Source: an uncultured Candidatus Saccharibacteria bacterium (GTDB lineage Bacteria; Patescibacteriota; Saccharimonadia; Saccharimonadales; JAGPDM01). Taken from it: a DNA stretch of 64,000 bases. Positions 29,784 through 40,401 of the stretch are shown here, one piece after another. The first letter of the stretch is position 1; each line of letters opens with the position of its first letter. The position numbers were made by a program, and so were the translations under genes. The notes beneath the pieces are model-generated. The model saw only the letters and a list, made by a program, of their open reading frames with translations, ran no database searches and was not told the DNA's origin. The stretch lies in the NCBI GenBank assembly GCA_964622235.1, contig CAZUNB010000001.1, forward strand, positions 9,360 to 73,359, written 5' to 3'.

Positions 29784-32207
29784 ATGACTACCAGAGAACT
29801 AGGGCATGATACAGACCCACAGCTTGAAAATATTGGAGACAAATTAGTTTTTGACCTTGAAAAAGATCTTGAATCTAAACGTGGCTTCGTGGCTCACAAA
29901 GACCGAATGCTCGGAATCCTAACTAATTTTCCAAGAATAGATACAGAGGGTATGCGACTGGCGATTGCACTACATGATGTTGTTTCTCATTCCATAATCA
30001 ATGCAGCAAACGAAGATATAGCCGATGCTACAAACGTAGGGCTCAATAGTATATATGCCCAACTGGAGGAACCCGATTCAAAGCATTTATTTACGTACTC
30101 ACTTGGGATTGGTACTTCGGTTGAACGATGGGAACAAGTTGCAGAGCGGTGGAGGGAACCTACTAAAAATGAGGTCCAGAGTTTTATTACCTCACTCGAA
30201 AGTATTGATTCAACTGCCGAAATAGTAGGCATAACTACTAAACATATTAAAGATGTTGCAGAAGAGCACAATGTTGAAATGGAGGTAGTTGCAGAGCAGT
30301 TACTGGCGGCCCTAACAAAGGATGAAACAGTTAGCGTTGACCCATCATTGCTTACTAAATTACGCCCTCGAGTAATTTCTCTGGATGACTTCCTGGAGGC
30401 GTCCGAAAGTCTCGACGTTGAAGGTTTGATTATAAAAACCATCGAGACTGTCGACAACCTACAGAACCCGAAACCAGGAGCTAAAGCTTCTGCTTGGCGT
30501 GATTCTATTGAGGTCCTTTCTTTCTATGGACCAGCCTTAGAGCTGTTTGGTTTTGAAGATTTAGCAGCAACTGCGAGAGGCGTTGCTTTAGAATATGTTT
30601 ACTCAGCAGATGAATATGATGATGTCCGAGATAAGGCTCGGGCAATCAATGAAGATGCTAAAAAACGCATAGACTCCATCGGTGAAAAAGCCCGCATAGC
30701 AATTGCTACAGTTGTGAAGGATACTGACTTTCTCGAAGAGGATGACATAAAGGATATAAGCATTAAGGGCAGGCCAAAATCTGTCGGTGGAATCATGGAA
30801 AAAATGATTACTAAATACAAATCTTCTCTTGATATTTCTGACGCCATAGGCCTACGCTTGACCATCAGCGATACGTTGATGCAGAGAATCATAAATGACG
30901 TTACAAGAAACCTGGGTCCTGATGTTGATCAAGAGTTTATTGACCATAAAGTAAAGCTTAGGGTTGAATCAATTTCTGAAAAACTACACACTGCAATTGG
31001 TTCTTCTACGGATGTATCGTATCTTAACACTAAAAGTGAATCTATAGATCTTACAGTTATTCAGCCTCGAAGATCTGGATATAAAGCTGTTCACCTCAAC
31101 TATGAATTGAATTGGAGCGATGATGAAGAAGGAACTACACCTTTTGAAGTTCAGGTCACCACCGATAAATATCATAAGAACAATACTTACGGTCAGCCAT
31201 CTCACTATATCTACAAAATGTTCGGAGGGAAAGAACCTACCCGAGACCAGCTAGCAGCACTAGACAAACTCGGCAAAAAATCAGAATACCTCATTGAAAG
31301 CCCCGACCGACCAGTCCTTGCCCCACAAGCTTGGTTCGATATCCTTCACTATATGCCGGAGCTTCCAACAGAATTTCATAGGACCCACCATTATGTTTCT
31401 CTCAATGATGGGGATACCGAGCTAGCAATACCACACAATCTAACACCAGACTTATTAGAAGGTGTTGAATTCCAAGGATCTGCAATTCTGCCGGCCTACC
31501 AAGCAGAGCTATCTAACTTCCTCCATCTGCTAAAACATCTTGTACCAGATATCAATATAGAAACCTTTGGAGACGTAGGTGAGGTCGCAGAATACGCAGC
31601 TATGAAGCACAGTGGACAAACTCGCAGGAGCTCGGGTAATAAGTATTTTTCAGGGCATATATTACCCACCACCCAGTTTCTTTTATTAAATTTACACCAA
31701 GATGGTTGGCTACACGACAAATCAAAAGATGGCAGTACAAGCAAACATGATGACGCAATCATTCTACTGAAGGCATCGTTGTTACATGACACGGTTGAAG
31801 ATACACCAACAAGTATTGAAGAAATCCGACGCATTCACGGTGATAAAGTTGCCGATCTGGTTAAAATACTCTCCAAGAACCCAAAGCCAGAATCAGGAGA
31901 GACAAAGGCCGAGAGAGACTTACATGAGAGTGAGTATTTAGAACAAGTAATGAAAAGCCCTGATGCATTACGGATTAAGTTTGCCGATAGGATACAGAAC
32001 ACATTGACTGATATCGTTGACGGACTAGAAGGTAGACTAAGCAGTGGAGTCCTAGAAAAGGCAATCAAATCATGGCAAGAGACAATCAAATTCTTAATTA
32101 AACCAATGATTGTTCAGGGCAAAATCAGCGATAATCAACTAAAAACAGCACTTGCAACAGATGGATTGATGAAGCTACTTCAACAAAAAAATGAGCAAGC
32201 AGTATAG
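29784..32207 (+). CDS. RelA/SpoT homologue: degenerate HD + (p)ppGpp synthetase + C-terminal HD hydrolase
   Basis: Synthetase motifs GRPKS..GI.EK, D.IGLR, SGYKAVH, FEVQV, SHYIYK; C-terminal KHSGQTRRSSG..Y..H, LLHDTVEDT, IKFADRIQN. Confidence 0.85.
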   Translation: MTTRELGHDTDPQLENIGDKLVFDLEKDLESKRGFVAHKDRMLGILTNFPRIDTEGMRLAIALHDVVSHSIINAANEDIADATNVGLNSIYAQLEEPDSKHLFTYSLGIGTSVERWEQVAERWREPTKNEVQSFITSLESIDSTAEIVGITTKHIKDVAEEHNVEMEVVAEQLLAALTKDETVSVDPSLLTKLRPRVISLDDFLEASESLDVEGLIIKTIETVDNLQNPKPGAKASAWRDSIEVLSFYGPALELFGFEDLAATARGVALEYVYSADEYDDVRDKARAINEDAKKRIDSIGEKARIAIATVVKDTDFLEEDDIKDISIKGRPKSVGGIMEKMITKYKSSLDISDAIGLRLTISDTLMQRIINDVTRNLGPDVDQEFIDHKVKLRVESISEKLHTAIGSSTDVSYLNTKSESIDLTVIQPRRSGYKAVHLNYELNWSDDEEGTTPFEVQVTTDKYHKNNTYGQPSHYIYKMFGGKEPTRDQLAALDKLGKKSEYLIESPDRPVLAPQAWFDILHYMPELPTEFHRTHHYVSLNDGDTELAIPHNLTPDLLEGVEFQGSAILPAYQAELSNFLHLLKHLVPDINIETFGDVGEVAEYAAMKHSGQTRRSSGNKYFSGHILPTTQFLLLNLHQDGWLHDKSKDGSTSKHDDAIILLKASLLHDTVEDTPTSIEEIRRIHGDKVADLVKILSKNPKPESGETKAERDLHESEYLEQVMKSPDALRIKFADRIQNTLTDIVDGLEGRLSSGVLEKAIKSWQETIKFLIKPMIVQGKISDNQLKTALATDGLMKLLQQKNEQAV

Positions 32208-32462
32208 TACAAGTCTGTTAACTTTGCTAAAACTACACGTGAATAATTTATTGTAAAAAGTATTTCTTTTGTCGTTTTTTTATACTCAAAAATTATTTTA
32301 TGATGAATTCAGTTTATGAATTCGAGCTAGAGTGGCGATCTTCTCAATATATAAAAGATTGCTTAGCTCTTTGATTTCGATCATTATTTCATTAACTATT
32401 CTGAAAAAGAGAAATCGAATATTGTGGCGCACACAATTCGTACCATGATGCAGTAGTCTATG

Positions 32463-32489
32463 CTTATCTTATCTTATCTTATCTTATCT
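32463..32489. repeat. (CTTAT)5 microsatellite
   Basis: Visible pentanucleotide tandem repeat in the intergenic region. Confidence 0.8.
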
Positions 32490-32511
32490 CATAAATCAGT
32501 CAGCGCCAAAG

Positions 32512-33189
32512 CTACCAGTCAGATTGAGGCACAGGCAACCATAAACTATCATTTGGATTGTTGTGCCATGGAGTTATCGTTCTTCGATCGACCGGCGAGT
32601 TAGCATCGCGATAATCATCAGAGAATCTATACATCAACAGAGAAGCATTGTTAAAATGCAGCTCTCCACTGGCTACTTGATGATTGAAGTCGTCGTCCGG
32701 AATTCTTTCAACCCTTGCTGCAAAGGCAAGCATTGTGTCGTGATGAGTAATAATCTTTATACTTTGTCGAAGGGGAAGTATCCCTGATAGAAACTCAGCA
32801 ACTCTACCATCCCTCATCTCGCGTATAGTCTCACCACCCTGAGGCCTCCAATCAAGTGCATCTTGTTTGCGTTTAATTTTAGAGGCGGCATCATATTCTA
32901 TCCCTTCCAAATCTCCGTTATCTCTTTCGACGAGTCGAGAGTCGATTTGCCAATTACTTTGCTGTGAACCGCTATGTTCTGCCGACTGAATAGTTCGACG
33001 CATAGAAGATACACACACAAGCCCATAGCTAAATCCCTGATCTCGCTCCCATTCAGATGTAGCTTCTACCTGCACGATACCGTCAGGGTGTAATTTGGCA
33101 TCTACAATATCATCATCTTCTACTCGCTCGCCATCGAAAAATGCGTTTTGGTTGCTCCTACCATGCCGCATTATTGTTAAGGTGTACAT
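32512..33189 (-). CDS. Histidine phosphatase family protein
   Basis: MRHGRS, SSMRRTIQSA, ERDNGDLEG, GGET, IITH. Confidence 0.88.
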   Translation of the reverse strand: MYTLTIMRHGRSNQNAFFDGERVEDDDIVDAKLHPDGIVQVEATSEWERDQGFSYGLVCVSSMRRTIQSAEHSGSQQSNWQIDSRLVERDNGDLEGIEYDAASKIKRKQDALDWRPQGGETIREMRDGRVAEFLSGILPLRQSIKIITHHDTMLAFAARVERIPDDDFNHQVASGELHFNNASLLMYRFSDDYRDANSPVDRRTITPWHNNPNDSLWLPVPQSDW

Positions 33190-33210
33190 GATAATATATT
33201 ATCTTAAAAA

Positions 33211-34290
33211 CTATTTTTCTTTAGGTTTTTCTAGCGTAAGAATTGACGAGTTGCCAAAAACAGCTGCAGGATTTGACTCATAGCCTAACAGCCCGCGCTG
33301 AACAATTTCAGCAACGTCGTCACTGATTCTTAAATCCGCAATACATACTAGCATTTGATCTATTGCATCGTTCCGTTGCGTAATTCCTGTTCCAGGCGAA
33401 TAAAGAGCGTCCTCGTATGCAGCAGCAAATTCTTTCATGTCAACAGCCATCAATGATCTCCATAGCGCATCTAGAACATCAGTTTGCGCAGGAAGCGCTC
33501 TGTCTATTTCACGATCATGTATCCCAATGGTTTTTTTAGCTAGCTTGTGCACCTTCGAGGCTTCATTTGTTTCACCATCCTGGCCGATTTGACTACGGGG
33601 AGTTATAAACTGACCATCTAACCATAGAACATAACTTAAGCCTGAACCAATTGCTAATGGCTTTACACCATCATGATCCATGGTAAATCCACTTGCTTCG
33701 GCTATTTGATACCACTCATCTGGCAAGAGCTTGTTGACATGACTTGACCGTCGAATCGCATCAACGTGTGGTAGGTCTAATGCATCAAGTTTATACAAAG
33801 TGGGCACAACAACTGTAAATTTTCCGCCAGGTTTAAGGGCCTGGAAAGCACCGTCAAACACTCTCCCTGGATCAGGAATGTGCTCGATAACGTCAGCGCA
33901 AAGAAAGCGATCAATGGCGTCCTCTCGAAAAGGCATTACAGCACCATCTGCAACAACTCCTCTTGCTTCAGCATACGTATTTAGACTTGGGTTAGCTCGG
34001 TGCGCTATTTCATTTGAGAAATAAGCGGTTGATAAATCTAGTCCTACATATTCGGCACTATGTTCAGCAAATTCATGTCGTAATGAGCCCGGTTCATCCA
34101 CAACTGCATTTACGTTCCCCCCAATATCTACAACCATCCCATTTCCATCTTCCGACATAAGCTCCGCTAGTCTACGGTTTTTGTAAGCCGTGTAGCCACC
34201 TTGTTGAGTCGTACTGAAAAATCGTTCTGCGTAGTCTTCATCGTAAACTGCAGCCACATCTGGTCCACCAGAAATACCTAATCCACTCAT
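33211..34290 (-). CDS. Class I SAM-dependent methyltransferase
   Basis: VVDIGG, VGLDLS, ADG..MPF, DVIEHIPDP, LKPGG. Confidence 0.85.
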   Translation of the reverse strand: MSGLGISGGPDVAAVYDEDYAERFFSTTQQGGYTAYKNRRLAELMSEDGNGMVVDIGGNVNAVVDEPGSLRHEFAEHSAEYVGLDLSTAYFSNEIAHRANPSLNTYAEARGVVADGAVMPFREDAIDRFLCADVIEHIPDPGRVFDGAFQALKPGGKFTVVVPTLYKLDALDLPHVDAIRRSSHVNKLLPDEWYQIAEASGFTMDHDGVKPLAIGSGLSYVLWLDGQFITPRSQIGQDGETNEASKVHKLAKKTIGIHDREIDRALPAQTDVLDALWRSLMAVDMKEFAAAYEDALYSPGTGITQRNDAIDQMLVCIADLRISDDVAEIVQRGLLGYESNPAAVFGNSSILTLEKPKEK

Positions 34291-34432
34291 AGACTCAGCG
34301 CTTTTTTATCTTTAACAAATATAACTAAGCAATTCATTAGTATACAATAACATACCTTTGTAATAATAGCTATACTAAGTATTGAAGTAATTAAGTGTAA
34401 TAATTCCTATAATTTCTTTATACTTTAAATGT

Positions 34433-35704
34433 ATGAATATTCTAATCATTGGTTCCGGCGGACGTGAACATGCCCTGGGGTGGAAGCTTTCTCAGTCGCC
34501 AGAAGTGAGTAAAGTTTTTTTTGCTCCTGGGAATGGTGGCACAAGCTTAGTCGGGGAGAATGTCGATATCGGTGTGTTGGAAATTGATAGGCTTCGCGAA
34601 TTCGCAATCGAAAATGGAATTGGATTTACAGTTGTTGGCCAAGAAGCTTCGTTAGAAGTTGGGATTGTCGATAGCTTCACTCGAGCTGGACTGGCTATTT
34701 TCGGCCCAACTAAATCGGCCGCTCAACTAGAAACCTCAAAAGTATTCATCGACCAGCTACTGGAAAAACATGACATTCCACGGCCGGAAAGCGTAGCGGT
34801 CGACAATATCGAGGATGGATTACGCTATATTAAAAATCGTGAACCAAGTAGCTACGTCATTAAAGCCGACGGGTTGGCCACCGGCAAAGGCGTAATTTTA
34901 CCAGACAGTGAAGAGGAAGCCTTGCGCGAATTAACGCGGATGATGAGTGGTGAGTCATTTGGAAAAGCGGGTGAGTCTGTCGTATTCCAGGAAAAGCTAG
35001 TTGGTCAAGAAGTTAGTGCTTTTGCCCTAAGTGATGGTGCCGACATCATTATGCTGCCATTCTTCCAGGACCACAAACAAGCTTACGACGGCGACACCGG
35101 ACCAAACACCGGTGGAATGGGCGCCTACACACCAGTTCCATTTTTAACAGATGAAATCAAACAGAAAATCCAAACCGAAATTATGCAAAAAACCGTCAAC
35201 GGAATGAAGACTGATGGCCACGAGTATCGCGGAGTTGTCTATGCTGGACTGTTCGTGAACGGGGAAGACGTCAAAGTAATTGAGTTCAATGCTCGTTTTG
35301 GTGACCCTGAGTGTCAACCGATGATGATGTCACTCGAGGAAGATCTTCTACCACTCCTACAGCAAGCTGCAGCTGGCAAATTCACTCAAACTGAGATTAA
35401 AACCAGTAGCGAAGCGATTGCGACAGTTTGCCTCGCTAGCGGCGGCTATCCATATGAGTATGAAAAAGGTAAAGAGATTTTTGGTCTTGATGGCGTCAGC
35501 AACACTGATATTGTCATCTTTCATGCTGGAACGAAGTTTGAAAATGATAAGTTTTATACCAATGGTGGGCGAGTGCTCAACGTAACTGCTCGAGCCGACT
35601 CAATGAAAGCCGCACTCAACAAAGCCTATTCGAAAATCGGTGAAAACGGTATCCATTTTGACCAAATGCATTTCCGATCTGACATCGGCTTCCGCGTTTT
35701 ATAA
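34433..35704 (+). CDS. purD: Phosphoribosylamine--glycine ligase
   Basis: GSGGREHA, APGNGG, IKADGLATGKGV, QDHK, GPNTGGMGAY, EFNARFGDPE, TNGGRVL. Confidence 0.97.
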   Translation: MNILIIGSGGREHALGWKLSQSPEVSKVFFAPGNGGTSLVGENVDIGVLEIDRLREFAIENGIGFTVVGQEASLEVGIVDSFTRAGLAIFGPTKSAAQLETSKVFIDQLLEKHDIPRPESVAVDNIEDGLRYIKNREPSSYVIKADGLATGKGVILPDSEEEALRELTRMMSGESFGKAGESVVFQEKLVGQEVSAFALSDGADIIMLPFFQDHKQAYDGDTGPNTGGMGAYTPVPFLTDEIKQKIQTEIMQKTVNGMKTDGHEYRGVVYAGLFVNGEDVKVIEFNARFGDPECQPMMMSLEEDLLPLLQQAAAGKFTQTEIKTSSEAIATVCLASGGYPYEYEKGKEIFGLDGVSNTDIVIFHAGTKFENDKFYTNGGRVLNVTARADSMKAALNKAYSKIGENGIHFDQMHFRSDIGFRVL

Positions 35705-35772
35705 TCTGACAAGATATTGACAAATATGCATTTTTAATATATTGTTTACATAGTTTATAAACAAAAATAAAA

Positions 35773-38700
35773 ATGCAAACAATCGAACAAAATCAACCTG
35801 AGACTATGCAACACCCTGACCACAGTGGTATCACTGCTGAAATCATCGCAGGAATCGGAGCCCTTGCCAGTCTTGATTTAGCAGTCAATAAACCTGGGTG
35901 GATTCGAAACATATCACCGCAGGATGTTATTGCTGGAGACTCTTTATCAGAATCTCTCGGTTTGCCCGGCGAGAGAGAGCCGCATACAGACGACTGGCTA
36001 ACGGACGAGGACCGAACTGCAACTCAGGCAGCAATTAAGCGCATAACTAAGGAACAAAAAGAACACCAGAAAAAGCGGTTAGCCGAAGCCGAGCAAGAAG
36101 AAAACCCGGAAGCAAGAAGGGCACTAGTTCTAGACGCGTGGACACACAACCCAGACACAGCTAAAAGAGTGGTGGGTTTTTTAAACGAAAGAGCAAAGCG
36201 AACACCTTCAAGCCGCCCATACTCAAGTCCAGACAATCCGGTAATGTCTGACGATGAAATTATTGAAGCAAGCGAATCTTCAAAAGGATTTCAAAGAGCG
36301 GTTGAATGGTGTACGACTCTTCGACCTCGTTTAATTCTAGAACGCGGGACGAAAGAAATCCTTGAGAGTATGGTTGATAAAAATGCTCTCACCCAGTCTG
36401 TTGTTAGTATGGCTGATGCCGATCCTGATTCTTTTGTATATCACCTCGAAGATATCCGAGACATAATTGATGACCCAGAGGCATTCGAAGGTGCCGTCCA
36501 AAAGGCGGAGAGAAACCTACCAGAACAAACGCTAGAACGACTTACTCAAATGGTTATTGACGAAAAAGCAGCAGGCAAGCCATCAAGCCAAATGGAGGAT
36601 CTTGCAAGATCAATGCTTGTACGCATGCGTGATAAACCATTAAATGCAGAGACGCTAGCAAACATTATTCAAGCCAAAATATGGACAAAAGAGGAGGTAA
36701 CTAAGCAAGTTTCTGGCGTTGCATCAACAGCACACGGTATTAGCTACTATAACGACTTCGGCTACGACAGACTATCCAAAGTAATTTCACCAGAGATGGC
36801 TGAAACAGCTAAACAGGCAGCCATAACCGCGATTGAAGACAACCCCAAAATGCTTTGCAGAGTGGCAGAAATAGATAGCAACCAGTTTCATAACGATGAA
36901 CTGGTTACTAATGGCGGGGTCATGAGCCCTGAACTACTCAACAAAACTGCAGAAAAACTACTGACCGATCCAACGCAATCATTTGGATTTTTCACTGGAG
37001 AATATCTCTCAGAACTAACCCCCGAAATAGGAAGCAGGGTAATTGATCGAATTATCGAGCTCAGCACCGACTACTATCCGTCAGAAGAAATCATGGAAAA
37101 AGCAAGCGATGAACAGCTCGGTTCAATTCTTGGTAACTTTACCCAGCATAAGCCCGGATTTTTACTTTCAGTGGTGGAAAATAATGAACGAGCGCTGGCG
37201 ATAGTCTGTGCAATGCCGCCGGACAATAAGCTAGAAATAATGGGTAGATTAAGCACGTATAACTTAATTAAATCGTCTGAAACATTGGAAACAATTGGGG
37301 TCCCAGCTGAAATAGTCGCTCAACAAATCAAATACTCATTTGACCGTAGCCCAGACATGAGTAGCCTGGTCTCAATTACAGATAAAGGCTTGCTCCCTCC
37401 TGACGACATTAGTGGGATGCGCGATCGACTAGTCGAAGCAGTAGCATCCGGCGAGACACGACCAGAGCAGTTTGTTGCAAACCGCGACCTCGATATTGAG
37501 GTTTTTAGCGATGAAGAATTAACGGCAGCAATAGCTGCAATAGGTGAAGCTAATCCTGCGGCTGGTTTTGCTTGCGCACTTAAGAACCGGGGATATTATT
37601 CAAAAACTGAGATTGAAAAGATTATCAGTACCGCAATATCTGATCATCTCGATGATGATTTATTGTTAAGTGAAGTCTTTGCGAATGTCTACAGCGGTAA
37701 AGAACCTATAGTCAGCATTGTTGGTGGTTCTCGAGTTGCAGATTTCGTCCAAGGACTATCAAGCAAGCAGCTTGACGGCATAGCCTACCGCCAAAACAAG
37801 ATCGCTGCGACGATAGGGGTAGAGGGAACGAAAGCCTTAGCTCATAAAATTGTACAAGAAAATCCAGCTAGCTTACTACTTGAAGAGTTCCGTGATTTCT
37901 ATGCGTCATTTTATCCTGATTTTGACCCAGATAGTTTTAAGGTAGAAGATTTACCAGAAAACACCGAAGTAAAAGATCTAGGTGGAAAATATCTAGTCGA
38001 TAAATGGAAGAAATTACAAAGTTCAACTTCCGAAATTAGGAGGTCAGAGATAGCAACTGAACTATCCTCATTGTATCAAAAAATTAATGACATAAAACTT
38101 AATGGCAATGCAGAAGGCGCCCAAAAAATAGTTGACTCGCTTAATGGCACCAAGGTAAGCCGGAGAGAAGTAATTGGATCTCTTTGGCTGTTTACTGAGC
38201 TGGGTGAAAATATGCCAGAATCAGTTGAAGCTTACAGTGATTTAGAAGAAATGCTAGTTGTCTCACTTGCAGATAAACTCGGTATGGAGGAGCCCAATAA
38301 AGAGCAGGTCAAACTATTAGTTGAAAGTGGTTTCCGCGTGTATAGCTTTGGTGTTTACGCCAACGAACACATGAACCCAGCACATAAAGAGGTGCTAGGT
38401 GCAATCCTAAAGTCTAGCTTGGATGAGAATTTTACAGAATGGAAATACGGTGGGGATACTGAAGACGATCTTGAGCATCTTAAGTCTAGCGGTCTCGTAC
38501 CCGAGAGTTTAACGTTAGACCAGTACCTAGCTTGGCAACATGACGAAACCACCGAAACGAGCATCGGGCTAGAACTTGGAGCATCAACAGCGCTTGCAGC
38601 CATCTCAGACACCATGACCGGCTACCAACCAGAACTCTTAATGACAGCTGCAGAAACAGACTATCAAGAGATAAAAGGTGAACTGCAAAGTATGGGGAAA

Positions 38701-39576
38701 ACTTTTGGACAAGTCCACGGAAAGCTTAAAAGGCTAAGAGTACTGAGAGATGATGCTCTAGAGGGAAGCAGAGAATACTCAAGAATTTCACTTAGTATAG
38801 ACGAACTTGACGAAGAGATTAAAGACCTCAACCAAGAAAAGTCTCAACTGCAACAATTGTTTGACGTGAAAACTTTACTAGATTTGTCGCTTAATCAGAT
38901 AAATGCAGGGAAAGTACAGGATGAAAAGGGAAGAGACAGAGACATTGGCGACCTACTAAATCGTTTATCAAAAAATACGCCGAAGTCTTACGCATTTATT
39001 ATCGGGTCCGTCGAAGATACCCTGGAGAACTTTAGAAAACAAAATAGCGGTGTAATGAATGTCTCCGTGGTAGACACTGCTGATTTATCAACAACCATCG
39101 AAATTGGGGCCTATCCTGCCGCATCGTGTCAACACTTTGATGGTGGTGTGGTAAATGAAGCCCTACTTGGATACACGGAGCCAACAACAAAACTATTGGT
39201 CGCCAAGAACGACAAAGGCACCCCAGTAGCAAGATCCGTCTTTAGGCTCATGACCAACAGTGAAGGCCAAACGTCTCTTCATCTTGAAAATGTGTATGCG
39301 GCGGAGCTAAGTGATGGAGTAATTTCCGCCATACTTATGGCAGCACATGCAAAAGCACAGGCAATGGGAGTCTCTCTTTTCGTCTCTTCAAAATCACAAG
39401 ATGCGGCCGGGAATATGATTCCAAATATTTTTGCGACATCTCCGATCCCACAAAAATCTACCGATACAAAGCTACGATCTACGGCAAGTATTCGCGCTCC
39501 ATCTATCTATGTAGACTCGAACGGAGGCTCAACGCAAAGACAGTACACATTAAATAAACTAGCTCTAATAGAGTAA
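35773..39576 (+). CDS. Large hypothetical helical protein with coiled coil and distinct C-terminal globular domain
   Basis: 1267-aa ORF; TTGACA promoter at 35717; C-terminal SCQ..GG..N.ALLGY...K....ARS..RL...LE.VY segment. Confidence 0.75.
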   Translation: MQTIEQNQPETMQHPDHSGITAEIIAGIGALASLDLAVNKPGWIRNISPQDVIAGDSLSESLGLPGEREPHTDDWLTDEDRTATQAAIKRITKEQKEHQKKRLAEAEQEENPEARRALVLDAWTHNPDTAKRVVGFLNERAKRTPSSRPYSSPDNPVMSDDEIIEASESSKGFQRAVEWCTTLRPRLILERGTKEILESMVDKNALTQSVVSMADADPDSFVYHLEDIRDIIDDPEAFEGAVQKAERNLPEQTLERLTQMVIDEKAAGKPSSQMEDLARSMLVRMRDKPLNAETLANIIQAKIWTKEEVTKQVSGVASTAHGISYYNDFGYDRLSKVISPEMAETAKQAAITAIEDNPKMLCRVAEIDSNQFHNDELVTNGGVMSPELLNKTAEKLLTDPTQSFGFFTGEYLSELTPEIGSRVIDRIIELSTDYYPSEEIMEKASDEQLGSILGNFTQHKPGFLLSVVENNERALAIVCAMPPDNKLEIMGRLSTYNLIKSSETLETIGVPAEIVAQQIKYSFDRSPDMSSLVSITDKGLLPPDDISGMRDRLVEAVASGETRPEQFVANRDLDIEVFSDEELTAAIAAIGEANPAAGFACALKNRGYYSKTEIEKIISTAISDHLDDDLLLSEVFANVYSGKEPIVSIVGGSRVADFVQGLSSKQLDGIAYRQNKIAATIGVEGTKALAHKIVQENPASLLLEEFRDFYASFYPDFDPDSFKVEDLPENTEVKDLGGKYLVDKWKKLQSSTSEIRRSEIATELSSLYQKINDIKLNGNAEGAQKIVDSLNGTKVSRREVIGSLWLFTELGENMPESVEAYSDLEEMLVVSLADKLGMEEPNKEQVKLLVESGFRVYSFGVYANEHMNPAHKEVLGAILKSSLDENFTEWKYGGDTEDDLEHLKSSGLVPESLTLDQYLAWQHDETTETSIGLELGASTALAAISDTMTGYQPELLMTAAETDYQEIKGELQSMGKTFGQVHGKLKRLRVLRDDALEGSREYSRISLSIDELDEEIKDLNQEKSQLQQLFDVKTLLDLSLNQINAGKVQDEKGRDRDIGDLLNRLSKNTPKSYAFIIGSVEDTLENFRKQNSGVMNVSVVDTADLSTTIEIGAYPAASCQHFDGGVVNEALLGYTEPTTKLLVAKNDKGTPVARSVFRLMTNSEGQTSLHLENVYAAELSDGVISAILMAAHAKAQAMGVSLFVSSKSQDAAGNMIPNIFATSPIPQKSTDTKLRSTASIRAPSIYVDSNGGSTQRQYTLNKLALIE

Positions 39577-39645
39577 GGGTTATGGGATCTAGTAGATTGA
39601 TGCATTTGCTATACTTTTATAAACAGTAAATTAAACGGGGAAAAT

Positions 39646-40401
39646 ATGAAAAAATTTATTGCATTTGATATTGATGACACTTTGGCGGTCAGTAAACAGC
39701 CGATTAGCGAGCAGATGAACGGACTGCTTGATAAATTAATGGAAAAATATGAGGTTTGCGTAATTTCTGGCGGGATTTTCAGCGTCCACAAACAGCAAAT
39801 CATTGATCCTATGACGTCGGCAGGCACAGGTAATCTCGGAAAACTACACGTTTTATCTACTTGCGGAACACAGTACTTCAAACAGCAAGATGATAAGTCC
39901 TGGGACACAATCTATAAACAAGCTATCCCCGAAACAGACCGCAAGAAAATTGCCGAAACGCTCGAAAGTGTCGCTCGTGAGCTCGGCTATTGGGAAGAAA
40001 ATCCAGCTGGTGAGATTATCGAAGACCGTGAAACTCAAGTAACTTTCAGCGCACTTGGTCAAAAAGCCAGCCCCGAAGATAAATACGCCTGGGACCCAGA
40101 CCATATCAAGAAATATGCACTCCGAGACAAAGCTCAAGAACTAGTGCCAGAATACGAATTCCGCGCAGGTGGCACGACTAGCATTGACGTGACACAGAAG
40201 GGTGTTGATAAAGCTTTTGGCATGAGAGAACTAATGCAATTAAATAACCTCGATAAATCTGACATCTTGTTCATCGGCGATAACCTCAAACCAGGTGGTA
40301 ATGATTATCCGGTCAAAGAAATGGGGATCGATACAATTGCGGTTGAGCGCTGGGAAGACACCGCATTAGTTATAGAAACTATTTTAAAGATTACAAACTA
40401 A
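39646..40401 (+). CDS. HAD-IIB hydrolase, phosphomannomutase-like
   Basis: FDIDDTL, VISGG, IEDR..Q.TFSALG, GGTTSID, FIGD..PGGNDYP. Confidence 0.88.
   Translation: MKKFIAFDIDDTLAVSKQPISEQMNGLLDKLMEKYEVCVISGGIFSVHKQQIIDPMTSAGTGNLGKLHVLSTCGTQYFKQQDDKSWDTIYKQAIPETDRKKIAETLESVARELGYWEENPAGEIIEDRETQVTFSALGQKASPEDKYAWDPDHIKKYALRDKAQELVPEYEFRAGGTTSIDVTQKGVDKAFGMRELMQLNNLDKSDILFIGDNLKPGGNDYPVKEMGIDTIAVERWEDTALVIETILKITN

Noticed and set aside
32463-32489. (CTTAT)5 as a phase-variation switch
   Set aside because: It lies between two convergent gene ends, not in a coding region or promoter.
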